From contig JAAOMT010000697.1 of the NCBI GenBank assembly GCA_016748015.1, positions 1,011,152 through 1,075,151 of the forward strand: a stretch of 64,000 bases of DNA, read 5' to 3'. Position numbers and translations under genes: made by a program. Source of the DNA: Geosiphon pyriformis uo1 (taxonomy: Eukaryota; Fungi; Glomeromycota). The first letter of the stretch is position 1. Each line of letters opens with the position of its first letter. Shown here in pieces: positions 13,401-24,480 of the stretch. The notes under the pieces were generated by a model. It saw only the letters and a program-made list of their open reading frames with translations, did not search any database and was not told where the DNA came from.

Positions 13401-14185
13401 AATTGGTCCAAATCATTAATAGGTTTGAGGTGGTTATGCTAAGAGCATCTGTTCTAGAACGGAGGTACAAGACAAGAGTTAATTTACGTAAAGTTCACGA
13501 AGTTTGAGAACATGAATTCATGATTCTGATTTTTTTTAATAATTGGTTTATTTTAGGAGATGAAATAGGAAAGATAATAAAGAATGAAGGGATATGGATA
13601 TTTTAATTTCTGGTCTAGAGGTTCATATCTATTTTTTCTTTTCTGTCTTTTCTTACTTCTACAACTACTTGCTTTTATAAATTCTTTTGGTTTTACAGGA
13701 TTGCTTTCAATTGTCTTGTTATCACTAGCTATTGTTTTGTTGTTTCTGTTATTGCTTCGTTTTTCTATGTTATCGCTAGTTATCCTATGTTATAACACGT
13801 TATCTGACATTATTACATGTTATTCTGTGTTATCCTGCATTATAACATGTTATCCTATATTATTGCATGCTATTCTGTGTTATCCTGCGTTATAACACGT
13901 TATTCAATATTATAACGCATTATCCAACGTTATTGTGCGTTATTCTGTGTTATGTTATATTTTGGTCACGTTTTTTCATAACTTTGGATCGGTTTTTCTA
14001 CTCGGATAACAGCACCCTTCAGTGCTTTTTTTTTAGACATGATGCTACTAGAAGCAGCCTTCAGGTCTATGAAAAAGGAGTTATTAGAATAAGAAATTGT
14101 AAAATACTAACAAGAAAAAATTAAAAAAACTTCTTTTTCAGAAAAACACTTTTTGATTATTTGTGGATGTAAAAGAAAAAGAAGT
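10444..14185 (-). mobile_element. Non-LTR retrotransposon (LINE) copy A, 5' part: ORF1 and APE start
   Basis: ORF1 begins at ATG 14040 (MSKKK...GAFHG) and includes fragments 12185-12892 and 11087-12022 with a CCHC knuckle. APE motifs (ATCNVR, GGDFNE) lie at 10444-11090. Cut by Gypsy B and interrupted by a solo LTR. The 5' end is approximate. Confidence 0.88.
12925..14011 (-). repeat. Solo LTR (third family, related to the A/C LTRs) inside LINE A ORF1
   Basis: TGTTA...TAACA termini with GCAC TSD (12921-12924 and 14012-14015). Has 10-bp tandem repeats at ~13770-13955 and shares motifs with the A/C LTRs. Removing it restores the ORF1 N-terminus. Confidence 0.9.
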
Positions 14186-14799
14186 TTTTTTTCTTTTTTA
14201 ACTATTGCTATATTTAAAAAAAACTTAAAATACAAATTTTATATAAAAAAGTTTAATATTGTTTTTTGTAATTAATTTAATTCAAAAAAACCATGTAAAA
14301 ATTAAAATCTAGTTTTAACATAAATTATTTTGATTTTTGTAATTTTATTAAATACCAAAATAAAAATTCAAAAACTCAAATTTTTTTTGATAATTTATAA
14401 TTTTTAATTATTATTAAAAAAATTAGTTTTTATTTAATTTATCTAATTTTTAAGATTAAATAATTTAATAAATTAATTAATTAAAATTATATATAAAAAC
14501 ATAACTTGTTTTGTTTTTAAAACTAATAAAAATTAACCAAAATTCAATATATTAAATAATTTAATTATATATTAATTAAAACCAGTTTTAATAAATATAA
14601 TAATAATAATATTATATAAATAAAAAAACTTATTCTTTATAATCAAATTTAAAATAGACACTATAATTAATATAATTGCAATAAAATTGTATAATATCAA
14701 AAAACTATTATTATTGAAAATTTTTATTGTTTTTTTTATATTATTAAGCTAATTTATTTTGAAAAATTTTTTTTTATATTTTAGATTATTTGTGTTATT

Positions 14800-15450
14800 A
14801 AATTTATATAGAATAATTAATTTTATATTATTTATTTTGCTTATGATTATTTTGTAAAAATTAATTTTTTTACAAAAATTTTTAACTAAATTTTTTAATA
14901 ATATGTAATTATTTTGTTATAAAAATTGTTTTTTTATAAGAAATTTCAATTATAAATTATTTAATAATATAAAAAAAACAAAAAAACATTAAAAAAAAAT
15001 ATTTTTTATTTAAATTTAAAATTAATTAAATTATTGCTAAAATTGGTAATTAATTAATATTAGAATATTAAGTTAAATAATAATTTTTAAACCAATATTT
15101 AATTATTAAGAAGTTTTAATTTTCAAAGTAAATTTTATTTTCTTGATTTGTAATAATTAATTAATATAACAAATCTATAAAAAAATTATATTTTTTAAAA
15201 AAAAACTTTTATTATATATTTTATTATAATATTATTTTAAGTTTTAACACTTTTTTATTAAAATTTTAATAAACAAAATGTATATTTTAGCAAATTATAA
15301 AATATTTTAATAAATTGCAATAAATTTTTAAATTTTTTGGAGTATTATATAGTTTAAACTATTATATTTAATTATATTTATATATTATATAAATTAAATT
15401 ATTAATTAAAATAATAATAATTAATAAATAAAAAATTAAATAACATTAAA
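14800..15450 (-). repeat. Hyper-eroded relic of a family-B LTR (left part; continues at ~23300-23395)
   Basis: Collinear blocks match 9720-10350 and the reverse complement of the 21364 solo LTR after C->T/G->A conversion. Confidence 0.7.
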
Positions 15451-18400
15451 TTTTTTCTCTTGTCAATTTCCTAACTATAGTGAAAGCAAGAAGTAAATTG
15501 ATAGAATAGCTTTCTCCTTTTTCCTTTTTCCTCTTTCATCTTAAAAGTTATTTCTCTTAGTACACCCCTTTATGTTAATATAGAACCAACAAGCTTTTCT
15601 GTTGGTGGTTCGGGTTCTGTTTTGGTGGGTTTGGAGACCCATTCTAGTGTTAAATCTAAATGTTTGGCGAATGCTCACTCGTGTGGTGCATCCTACAAGA
15701 AACCCAAGAAGCTTGCTGCTGTCAGCAGTGTGGTCAATACATTTGCTGGCCCTCTTAGCTTGGAAGATTTGAGTGAAGCTGGTGCCAAACCTGCAGTGTC
15801 CTGGAGTAGTGATATCGGTAGTATAGCAAGCAGTGTGAGCAGTCTTTTGGATGTGGAAAATATGACGAACTTGGTAGCCAAAGAAACAAGCTATGTGGAA
15901 TCTGGTGAGAATGACGACATGGACAAAGCTACGCTAAGGAAAACACACACCAGAACGTACACTCTGGACAACCTGATAAAACAACCCCTTTTCAACAATG
16001 TAAGTGATGACGATAGTGTACTAAAGCTCCCTCTTTGCATGCTTAGTGGTTCCAATTAATTGCCACCGCTTGTGTCACGTGCCTCGAAAACACGTAGTTT
16101 TGATTCAATGAAGTCTTTCGCACTTGATATTGAGCTTTTTGTGGTGTCTGACAAATTAGTTAGTGACAAAGTTAATTGCTGTAAAAAAAATTTTTTATTG
16201 AATTGATGGTTTTGGGGGGGGAGCGTTGACTCCTTCAAAAGTTTCTGGGATTATTAGATCTTCATTTACTTCTGAGAATAGCTTGATAAAGGCAAAAGAA
16301 ATGGCAGTTCATGAGAAGATCTTGGTTAATAATGATATTAAAAGAGCTAACAGCCACTCAGATTGAGAAGTAATCATTAAGAAGATCCCAGTTGATCTTC
16401 TAAATTTGGTAAGATTGTTTTCATCAGGATGCAATTGATTGGTCTTTGGCAAAAGGCTCTGATTGAATTTGAGTCATCAAAAGTTGTCAGTTTGGTCGCT
16501 TCTAAGTGGTCTGTTCTTGTGGGAAAGGATTCAATTCGTGTTATACTGGCCGTCAATGATAAACAAACATGGGTATCTAGGGATCGACATTGGGCTATGC
16601 TTTATACTTTGTTTATGGATACTTCTGCTCATTATTTGTCTGATTGGTTGATGTTGTATAGTGGGAAGACTTGTTTCATTGGCCGCAATCCCAGTTCATA
16701 TGTCCATGATTAGTGTGCAATCATTTGTTTTAAAGATAAAGCTGCCAGATTGGCTGCTGTTTTTACTATTCCAATTTTCAAGGGTGTTAGTTTGCATTGG
16801 ACTAGTCTTGTTTTGGCTAGTTGTGCCAAGTGTGAACAATTTAGTCATATCACTGTCAATTGTTCTGTGAGTGGAAGTCCTGGTATTTGTGAGAAAAGGG
16901 TGGTTTCTGATCATGATCAGGTTTGTCTGACTGGTATATATAAGAAGAAATCGGCTCCTATTGCTTGTCTGGTTTTGTTTGGTGGCAAGACATGGGCTCA
17001 AGTTGCTAGTGGCACCTCTTCCTGTGCATTTCCTTCTGGTTTTTCTGGTTCTGGTTTGCATTCTGGTTCAGTTCCTCCTTCAGCAGTCTCTGATTCTCTT
17101 GTTGTTTCCCATTTGAGTGATTATTTGGCAGTTTTGGAGTGCTTTTTGGAGCTTTTGGCTAATCATGTTTCTGGCATCCTGGTTAGGTTGGATTCCTTTG
17201 GTATGGTTTCTTCAGTTCCTTTTTCCCTGGCCTCTCCTCCTGTTGCTTCTGCAGCTTTGGGTTCTGAGGTGGATTCAGATATGATTGTGGACAATGCTTT
17301 GGGTTTTCCTAATATTACCTCCCCTGTCATTGATGATGCTGTTGTTGATCTCAGTGCTAGTAGTTTCAAGGTTCTTACTGCCAAGGTGGGCAGTTTGGAG
17401 ACAAAATTGGTTGCTTTGGAAGCTTCAGTTGATTTGGTTTTGAATAAGTTGAATTTTCTGTGCTCTGGTTTGGGTTTGTTAGCTTCCACAGTATCTCAAT
17501 GACTTGTTTAATTTGGAAGATTGCAACATGCAATGTCAGAGATATAAACAATTGTGCAAAGCAGGCAGACATTGTTCGTTGACATAAAGATATGAACAAT
17601 TTGGTTTCTATTGTCACTGAAACAAAGTTAAAGGAAAAGGTTTGCCCTTGGATCGCTGATAGGTTTGATGGTGTTTGTGTTTTTACTTTTGGTCTGGATT
17701 CTGGTCACATGAGATCTGGTGTTGCTATTATTTTGAACTCTTTATTGGCAAGACATGTGTGCAAGGTTTTGGAGGTGCCTGGTCGGCTCTTGTTGGTAAG
17801 GCTGCTTTTTAAGAACAAGCTTTCTGTGTCAATTCTGGGGCTGTATGCTGGTGCTTCCTTGGTGGTTCATTTTTCTCAGGCTGGTGATATCAACTTTTTC
17901 ATCACTAAAGTGGTGAATGAATTTTTCTTCATTATTTTTGGTGGTAATTTCAATGAGGACAGTTCTCACAAATGTGCCAGTTTCAAAAAGTGTTTCAATT
18001 TGGGTTTGATCAACTCTTTGGGTGGGAGTTTGTTTGTGAAATCTCTGACTTGGTGCAATTTTTATGGTGTCACCAAGACAATTGACTATGTTTTTGTCTT
18101 CTCTAATTTGATTAATGCAGTTGTAGATTGCAGTATGGCTGGTGTTAATGACTTTTTTGATACTGATCATAAGGCTGTTTCTGTGTCTGTGGGTATAGGT
18201 GGATTGTTGGATGTGCAGCTTTCTTCATTGCGCAAACAGGCCAACAGGGATTGTTAGAAATTTGACATCAAAAATGCCAATGGAGCTAAGTAGTTAGAGT
18301 TCAAAGACACTTCGGCTGCTAATGCCTCTATGTTTTCAGATGTGTTTGGTGTTGCTGTAAAATTTTCTGATATGGACACTATGTGGGACATTGTTCGCAA

Positions 18401-21400
18401 GATTATGATTCTTTTTGCGGATGGTATATTTAAAAGGAAGTGGTTCAAGGGTTTTGATGGCATTTTTACCAAGATGTTTTCTAGGTTCCATAAGCTAGAA
18501 TTGCTGGTTTCAAAGTTGGTCAAGGCTTCATAATTGGTTTCTAGTAAAGAGTTTGTTGCTTTGTTGGAGGTGTGGCACAGGCTTGATTTCTTTGGTGTGT
18601 CAATGGTGAGGTCTTTGTTTCTTTCAGCTTCTGGTTTTGATCTTATTTGTTCTGCACTGGCCAAAGCGAGGAAGTTGTATCATGCTTCTAAGTTGTTGAA
18701 ATCTAAACATGCTGAGGAATCTTCGATCAAGCAGGCTATTAGTAAGAGGATGGAAAGTTTTGAACTGGACAAGGGTCACACTATTAGGAGTGTTTTGGAG
18801 CATCCCTTTCACAAGATGGTCTTGGATCATCTGATTATGGAAGATGAGTTGATTTTGGAGCCTGATTCTGTTAAATCAAAGGTAGACAAAATCATGGAAG
18901 GGTGGACCAGGAAACATAGGATGGTTTCTAATATCTCCAGAGATTGGGCTCACCAATATTGGCCTCTAGAGTATGTTTTTGATGGTGCTTTTTCTGATGT
19001 CATGTGTCCGATTAGTTTTGATGATATGTCAGCAGTCATCAAGAATCTTTTTAATGAGAAGGCGGCTGGTCTCTCTGGTATCTCTAACAAATTGTGGAAG
19101 TGTTGTGACAAATCAGTTTTGGATATGCTTCTGGTGCTCTTGAACTTGTGTTTAGTTAGTAAGTCAGTTCCTGGACCTTGGAAAGAAGCTTGGGTTTCTA
19201 TGATCCCTAAACTGTATAAATGGGAAAGAGTTCTTATAAACACTCATCCTATTGCTTTAATTGAAATGGCCCACAAGATTCTTTCCAAGATCCTTTCAGA
19301 TAAGATTTCTTTAGCTTGCAGCACTTTTGATGTCTTTCACAGGGACAATTTTTCAGTTCTAAAAGGTACAACAACCCAGTCTCCCATTTTTGCTATTGGT
19401 TTAGTGATTGAAGATGCCCTAGAGAAAAACCGAGAACTCTGGTTGGTTTTACAAGACATGCATAAGGCTTATGACTCAGTTGGTTGGGAACATTTCAAAA
19501 GAAGTCTGGTTAGGATTAAGATGTGTGAAAAGTTTATTAAATTTTTTGGCAGCATTCACAATGGTTGCATTAACAGAGTAATAACTGACTTTGGCCTAAC
19601 TGATGGATATTGTGTTCATGATGGGCTGGACCAAGGGGAAGTTTTCTCTCCTCTTTTCTGGTGTATATTCTACAATTCACACTTGTGTGAAATCAAAAGA
19701 CAGGATAGTGTGTATGGCTACAGATTAAATTCTCATTTTATATCCAAAACTGGCCAGGTGGATCCTCAGGCTGGACTGTCTTCATTTCTTGCTGCTGGTG
19801 CTTTTGTTGATGATACTATTTGGGTTGATAGCAGCCAGGCTGCTACACAATGCATCCTTGATGTTGCTAGTAAGTTTTTCAAATTTAACAATATTTCTGT
19901 AAATAACGACAAAACAATGGCCATTCCCATCAATTGCCGGGTGTTGGACTCTTATTTGACTATCAGTGGTGCACCTATTTCTATTGCCAAGAAAGGGGAA
20001 TCTCATCATTATCTAGGCATTTTTTTATTTTCTGAGGGTCTTTCAAAGTCCAGCTTAGTTAAAGTCCAGGCGGATGTGTGGTTTTTTGTGAATTTAGTTT
20101 TAAAAAAAGCAGTTTCTGATAAACAGTATGCATATTTGGTGTCTGCAGTTCTTTTTCCCATCATTAGTTATAGAACTCAGTTCAGTTTTGTTTCTGTGGG
20201 TGTTTGTAACAAATGGGATGCTCTAATATGCAAGATCTTGAAATCTAAGTTTGGGTTGCTCTGTGATTTCCCCAATAATGCACTGCACCACCCCTCATTG
20301 TATGGTTTAAAGACTTTTGAGCAGATTCAGGCTGAGGGTAAATTGGCATCTGCTGTTACTTTTGCAAATTCTGCTGGTATTTTGGGTTGCCTTTTTTCTT
20401 ATAGGTTTTATGATCTTCAAGTTCTTAGCTGGTGCCTGTGTTATTCTTTGCTGTTTCTATCTTGTATTGGTGTCAATCTTTCAAACAATTTTTTGGCTGG
20501 TGTGGTTCGTATTTTTTCCGGATGTGATTTGTCTTTGGATGGCTCTCTGGCTTGTGCTTTTCACCGATGGTGCGGTATTTCTATGTCTTTGGTTCTTAGT
20601 GAACCCTGTTTTTTTAGGTGTGTTTCTTTGCTCAGATGTTATGAAATTGCTTTTGTGAAACAGCTTTGTGACCATAATGGTAATGTTTTCAGTTGGGGGG
20701 CCTTCAAGTGTTGGAAGAGACTGGACCCTCATGGCCCAATCCCTTTCTGGTTTGATCTCTCCATTCACTTTCTTGGTGGTGTTGGTCTCCTTTCTTCAAG
20801 TTCTTCTTTAGTGGATGGTTATGCTGTGTCAGATATTTGTCTCTCTCATGATTTTGGTGTGGTTTGTGACATTCTGCTAACCACTAATGCTGCCCATCTT
20901 TCTGTGTATACGGATGGGTCTCTGTCTGGTCTGGGCACTGTTGATGTAAAAGCAGGTGCTGCCATTTTTTTTAAGGACATTAACTTGGGTTTGGGAGTTG
21001 GAGTGTTTGGTTTGGTCTCTTCTACTCTGACGGAGCTGCAAGCCATAGCTTTGGCCTTTGAGTGTGTTCTTTCCTCTTGTTCAATTGACTTGTTTTCGGA
21101 TAGCCAAGCTGCTTTGGATGCATATAGGTCAGAGTCTTCATTGGTTCATCTGGATTTCAGGAACCACTGTTGGATTGAGCGTTACCACATTGCTACTATT
21201 ATTTGTTGAAAGAATTTGGATGTGAATTGGGTTAAGGTAAAAGGTCATTCAGGTGTCTCAGGCAATGAGCATGCTGATGCATTTGCCAAAGATACTACTC
21301 TTTCTGCTTGGTGTCTGTCTCATTTAGTTAGTAAACGTTTTCTGTGTGCTAGTGATATGGTGGTGTTACCAGACAAAATTAGAGATATTGCTTAGCATAA

Positions 21401-23300
21401 AATTACCTTTATAATTCTTATCATTAATTAGCATTTCAAATTATCACTTATTACATTAGCAAAATATCTGAAATTATCATTTAATTAATAACCCAATTTA
21501 TACATAACACAAATATAACCTAATTGTGATGATCAATCATGCAATACTCCAAACTATGTAACATTCAAAAAGTTTGCTGAAATTTGTAGAAATTTGCCAA
21601 AATAATTGATAGTTTACCAAAATATCTAATAGTTTGCAGAAATAACTTGTAGTTTGCCAAAATGTATCTCTAGTTCAGCAAAATTAAAGAAAATAGCAAA
21701 GTTTAAATTCATATAATAGTGTTATGACAAGTTGTATAAAAGAAGAGCTTCTTTCTTTGAGAAAAATGTATCTTACTTCAGATTTAACAATTAGAATTAT
21801 TCTTTATACACAAAACAAAATAAATATCAAATAAATTCGAAAAGCCAAATTATTAATTATTTTTCTTGAAATTAACCAATTCCTACCAACAGTTTGAAAT
21901 TGACTAGCTACCAATTTCAGTAAACTGTTAAAGCACTTCCAGACCTGAATCCGAAATGACTTCCATAAATCATCAGTTTTACTTTTCTTTTACAATTCTT
22001 TTATTCTCTTTTTTTTCTTATTATAAATTATTTGAGTAGCCTACAGACGAGAATTCCTGTAGAAGAGTTGACTTTCACAGTAAAGTAACTACATATTTTA
22101 GTGAGCTTCCAGACAAGCATTTACTAGAAAAGAGTTGACATTTACTACAACATAACTACACAAGTAACTGGCATGGAATTGGCCATTCCACTTATAAGCC
22201 CAGCTGTTCAAATTATAGAAGATAATTTGAAGATAAATTCAGTTACTGGAGGTTCAACCGCATCCAAAAAATGTGAATTCACAGCAAACAAGCATCAACA
22301 ACATTTAGGAAAAGAGACCAAAAACCTCTGGTAACAGTGGTTTCTGGTAATTCTAGACACTTTGTTCGCAATATTTTCTGATCAGTTCATCGTGCTTGTT
22401 GGGAGGTTGGAGTTGGTTCTCGTGTTGTGGCTGATAGTTTGTGCTGATGTCAATTGGTTTAAGTCTTCTATGGTATGGCACACCGATTCTCACTTGGCAT
22501 CCAGTTTCACCAGCATGCGCATGGCAAGCTGTCGCACTTATTTTATGAAGGCTCTCTATCATTGGCTTCTTGTTGCTGTGCACAAGCATTTATATGATAG
22601 GAAATATCCCAGTGTAGTCTGTCTATTCTGTGGTGATGTTGAGATCTCAGATTATGTCTTTTTGTGTCCTCAGGATGCCGCTGGTTGTGCTCGTTTGTTG
22701 GATACTCATGCTTCAACTTGGAAGGCTCTTTCTGGTCTATTTCGCTCTTCTTCATGTGTTTTGTGGGTGTTGGCTTCTTGTATTTCTGAGGTTGGAATTG
22801 GTGTTGCTCTGTGTAAGGGCTTTGTTTTTGATGACTGGTTTCAGGAGTCTGTCTTAGTTTTTAAAGATTCTAAAGAAGATACTAAGAGGATTGTGGGCTT
22901 TGTGCATGAGTTTTGTCTTGCATTTTGGGATGACATCTGGTTGGTCCGTGCCAAATACTGGGCATTTATGGAGAGGCATGGTTTGATCCCACATAATGGG
23001 TCCATTCCCATGTCAATTTCTGGTTTGCCTGTGGCATTCTCAGCTGGTGTGATTAGACTGTTGGATATTGCTGAAGCTTTTGGGATTAGTTTCAAGTTTT
23101 GTAAGCTTTGTTTGTTCTTTTCGGGTATTGGGGACACAGTCTCTGTACATATAGGTATGTAGTGTTGTCCTGACTGGCTCGAATGGCTGGTCACATGTAG
23201 AAAATGCATGATTCACACCTAGTTTAGATCATTTGTATGATATATAGTGCTAGATAGCATTTGGACCTCACTCGTAAAATAATAATAATAATAAAAATTA
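15450..23300 (+). mobile_element. LINE copy B, near full length (ORF1; ORF2 APE-RT-RNase H-zinc finger), degenerate
   Basis: ORF1 ends 17502 and ORF2 spans 17499-23162. Motifs: LQDMHKAYDSV, GLDQG, AFVDD, YTDGS...SDSQ...KVKGHSG, CLFC...C. Conserved 3' UTR and (AAT)/A-rich tail. Confidence 0.93.
21364..22336 (+). repeat. Solo LTR of family B inside LINE B ORF2
   Basis: 10-bp terminal inverted repeats TGTTACCAGA/TCTGGTAACA and GTGG TSD. Removal restores DMVVSGNSRH. Confidence 0.95.
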
Positions 23301-23475
23301 ATAAATAATAAATTGAAAATAATATTATATGTTAATAATAAAAATCATAAAAATAATTTTATGTTAATTAATAACTTAATTTTTACTTAACAATAAAGAT
23401 AAAATAATTTATATTATTAAATACTAATAAATTTTAATATAATTTAAAAAATTTTACCAAAAATATTTTCAATAT

Positions 23476-24210
23476 TGTTATGGGTTGGAATAACAAGCTA
23501 ACAGATAACAAGAAAAAACAGAATTGCAGAATAATAGAAATAATCAAAGAAAAAATTACAATAAGGAAGCAAATTGAATATGTATAAATTCAATGTGTCT
23601 AATCAGTCTTATAAAAATCATAGTTGTAAATCTTTTCTGAAAATTTGAAGGTAGAGGAATAGTTTGTAATTATTAATAAGATAATACTATTACTATTATT
23701 TTATGCCTTAACTTGACAATTTTTAGAATCAATAACAAGTATTGTTGTGCTTTTCAATTATTTCTTTATTTAATAAATTACAAGAACAAACAATTACTTT
23801 TCAGGCTAATTCTAATAAATACAAATTAAGAAGGGAAAAAGATAAGGTATGTGAATACCAACAAGTAATTTTTTATTCCAAGATATTCAGATACTTAAAG
23901 ATAGAGAAAAAAAATAAGTAATATGAGAGAAAGTAATTAATAATGTTTTATTTTGTTACTTTAATTATGTTTTTCTATAACTAAAGAACTTATTATTTAT
24001 ATAGCTATTGAAAGTGGTCAATAATTAAACCAATGATCAGGTCAATAATTAAGTCATTAATTAAGTCAATAATCAGGTCAATGATCAGGTTAACAGTTAG
24101 ATTATTGATCAAGTTAATAATTACTATTTAAAAATAAGGTGGCTAATTATATAATATTAGTGGCTAATACATATAATAACTAATAAAAAGTATAAATTTC
24201 AACTGTAACA
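23476..24210. repeat. Solo LTR (fourth family), probably minus orientation
   Basis: TGTTA...TAACA termini, ATAT TSD and 12-bp tandem repeats CAATGATCAGGT at ~24031-24090. Higher GC than its flanks. Confidence 0.75.
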
Positions 24211-24480
24211 ATATTTTTAATATTAATAACAAAAATATTTTTAAAAATATTTTACAAAATAACAACAATATAAATTTAATTATTAAATATTTAATAATTT
24301 TAAACATAAAAAAATAAATAAAATTAGCAAATTTAATTTAAATAACAATATTTAAAAACATTTAAAATATAAACTTTTATATAAAAATATTTTATGTTTT
24401 TAAATATTAATTTTGAATTAATAAAACTAAAATAAAATACCAAATATCAAAATAAAAACTAAAAACCAAAAAACAAAAAC

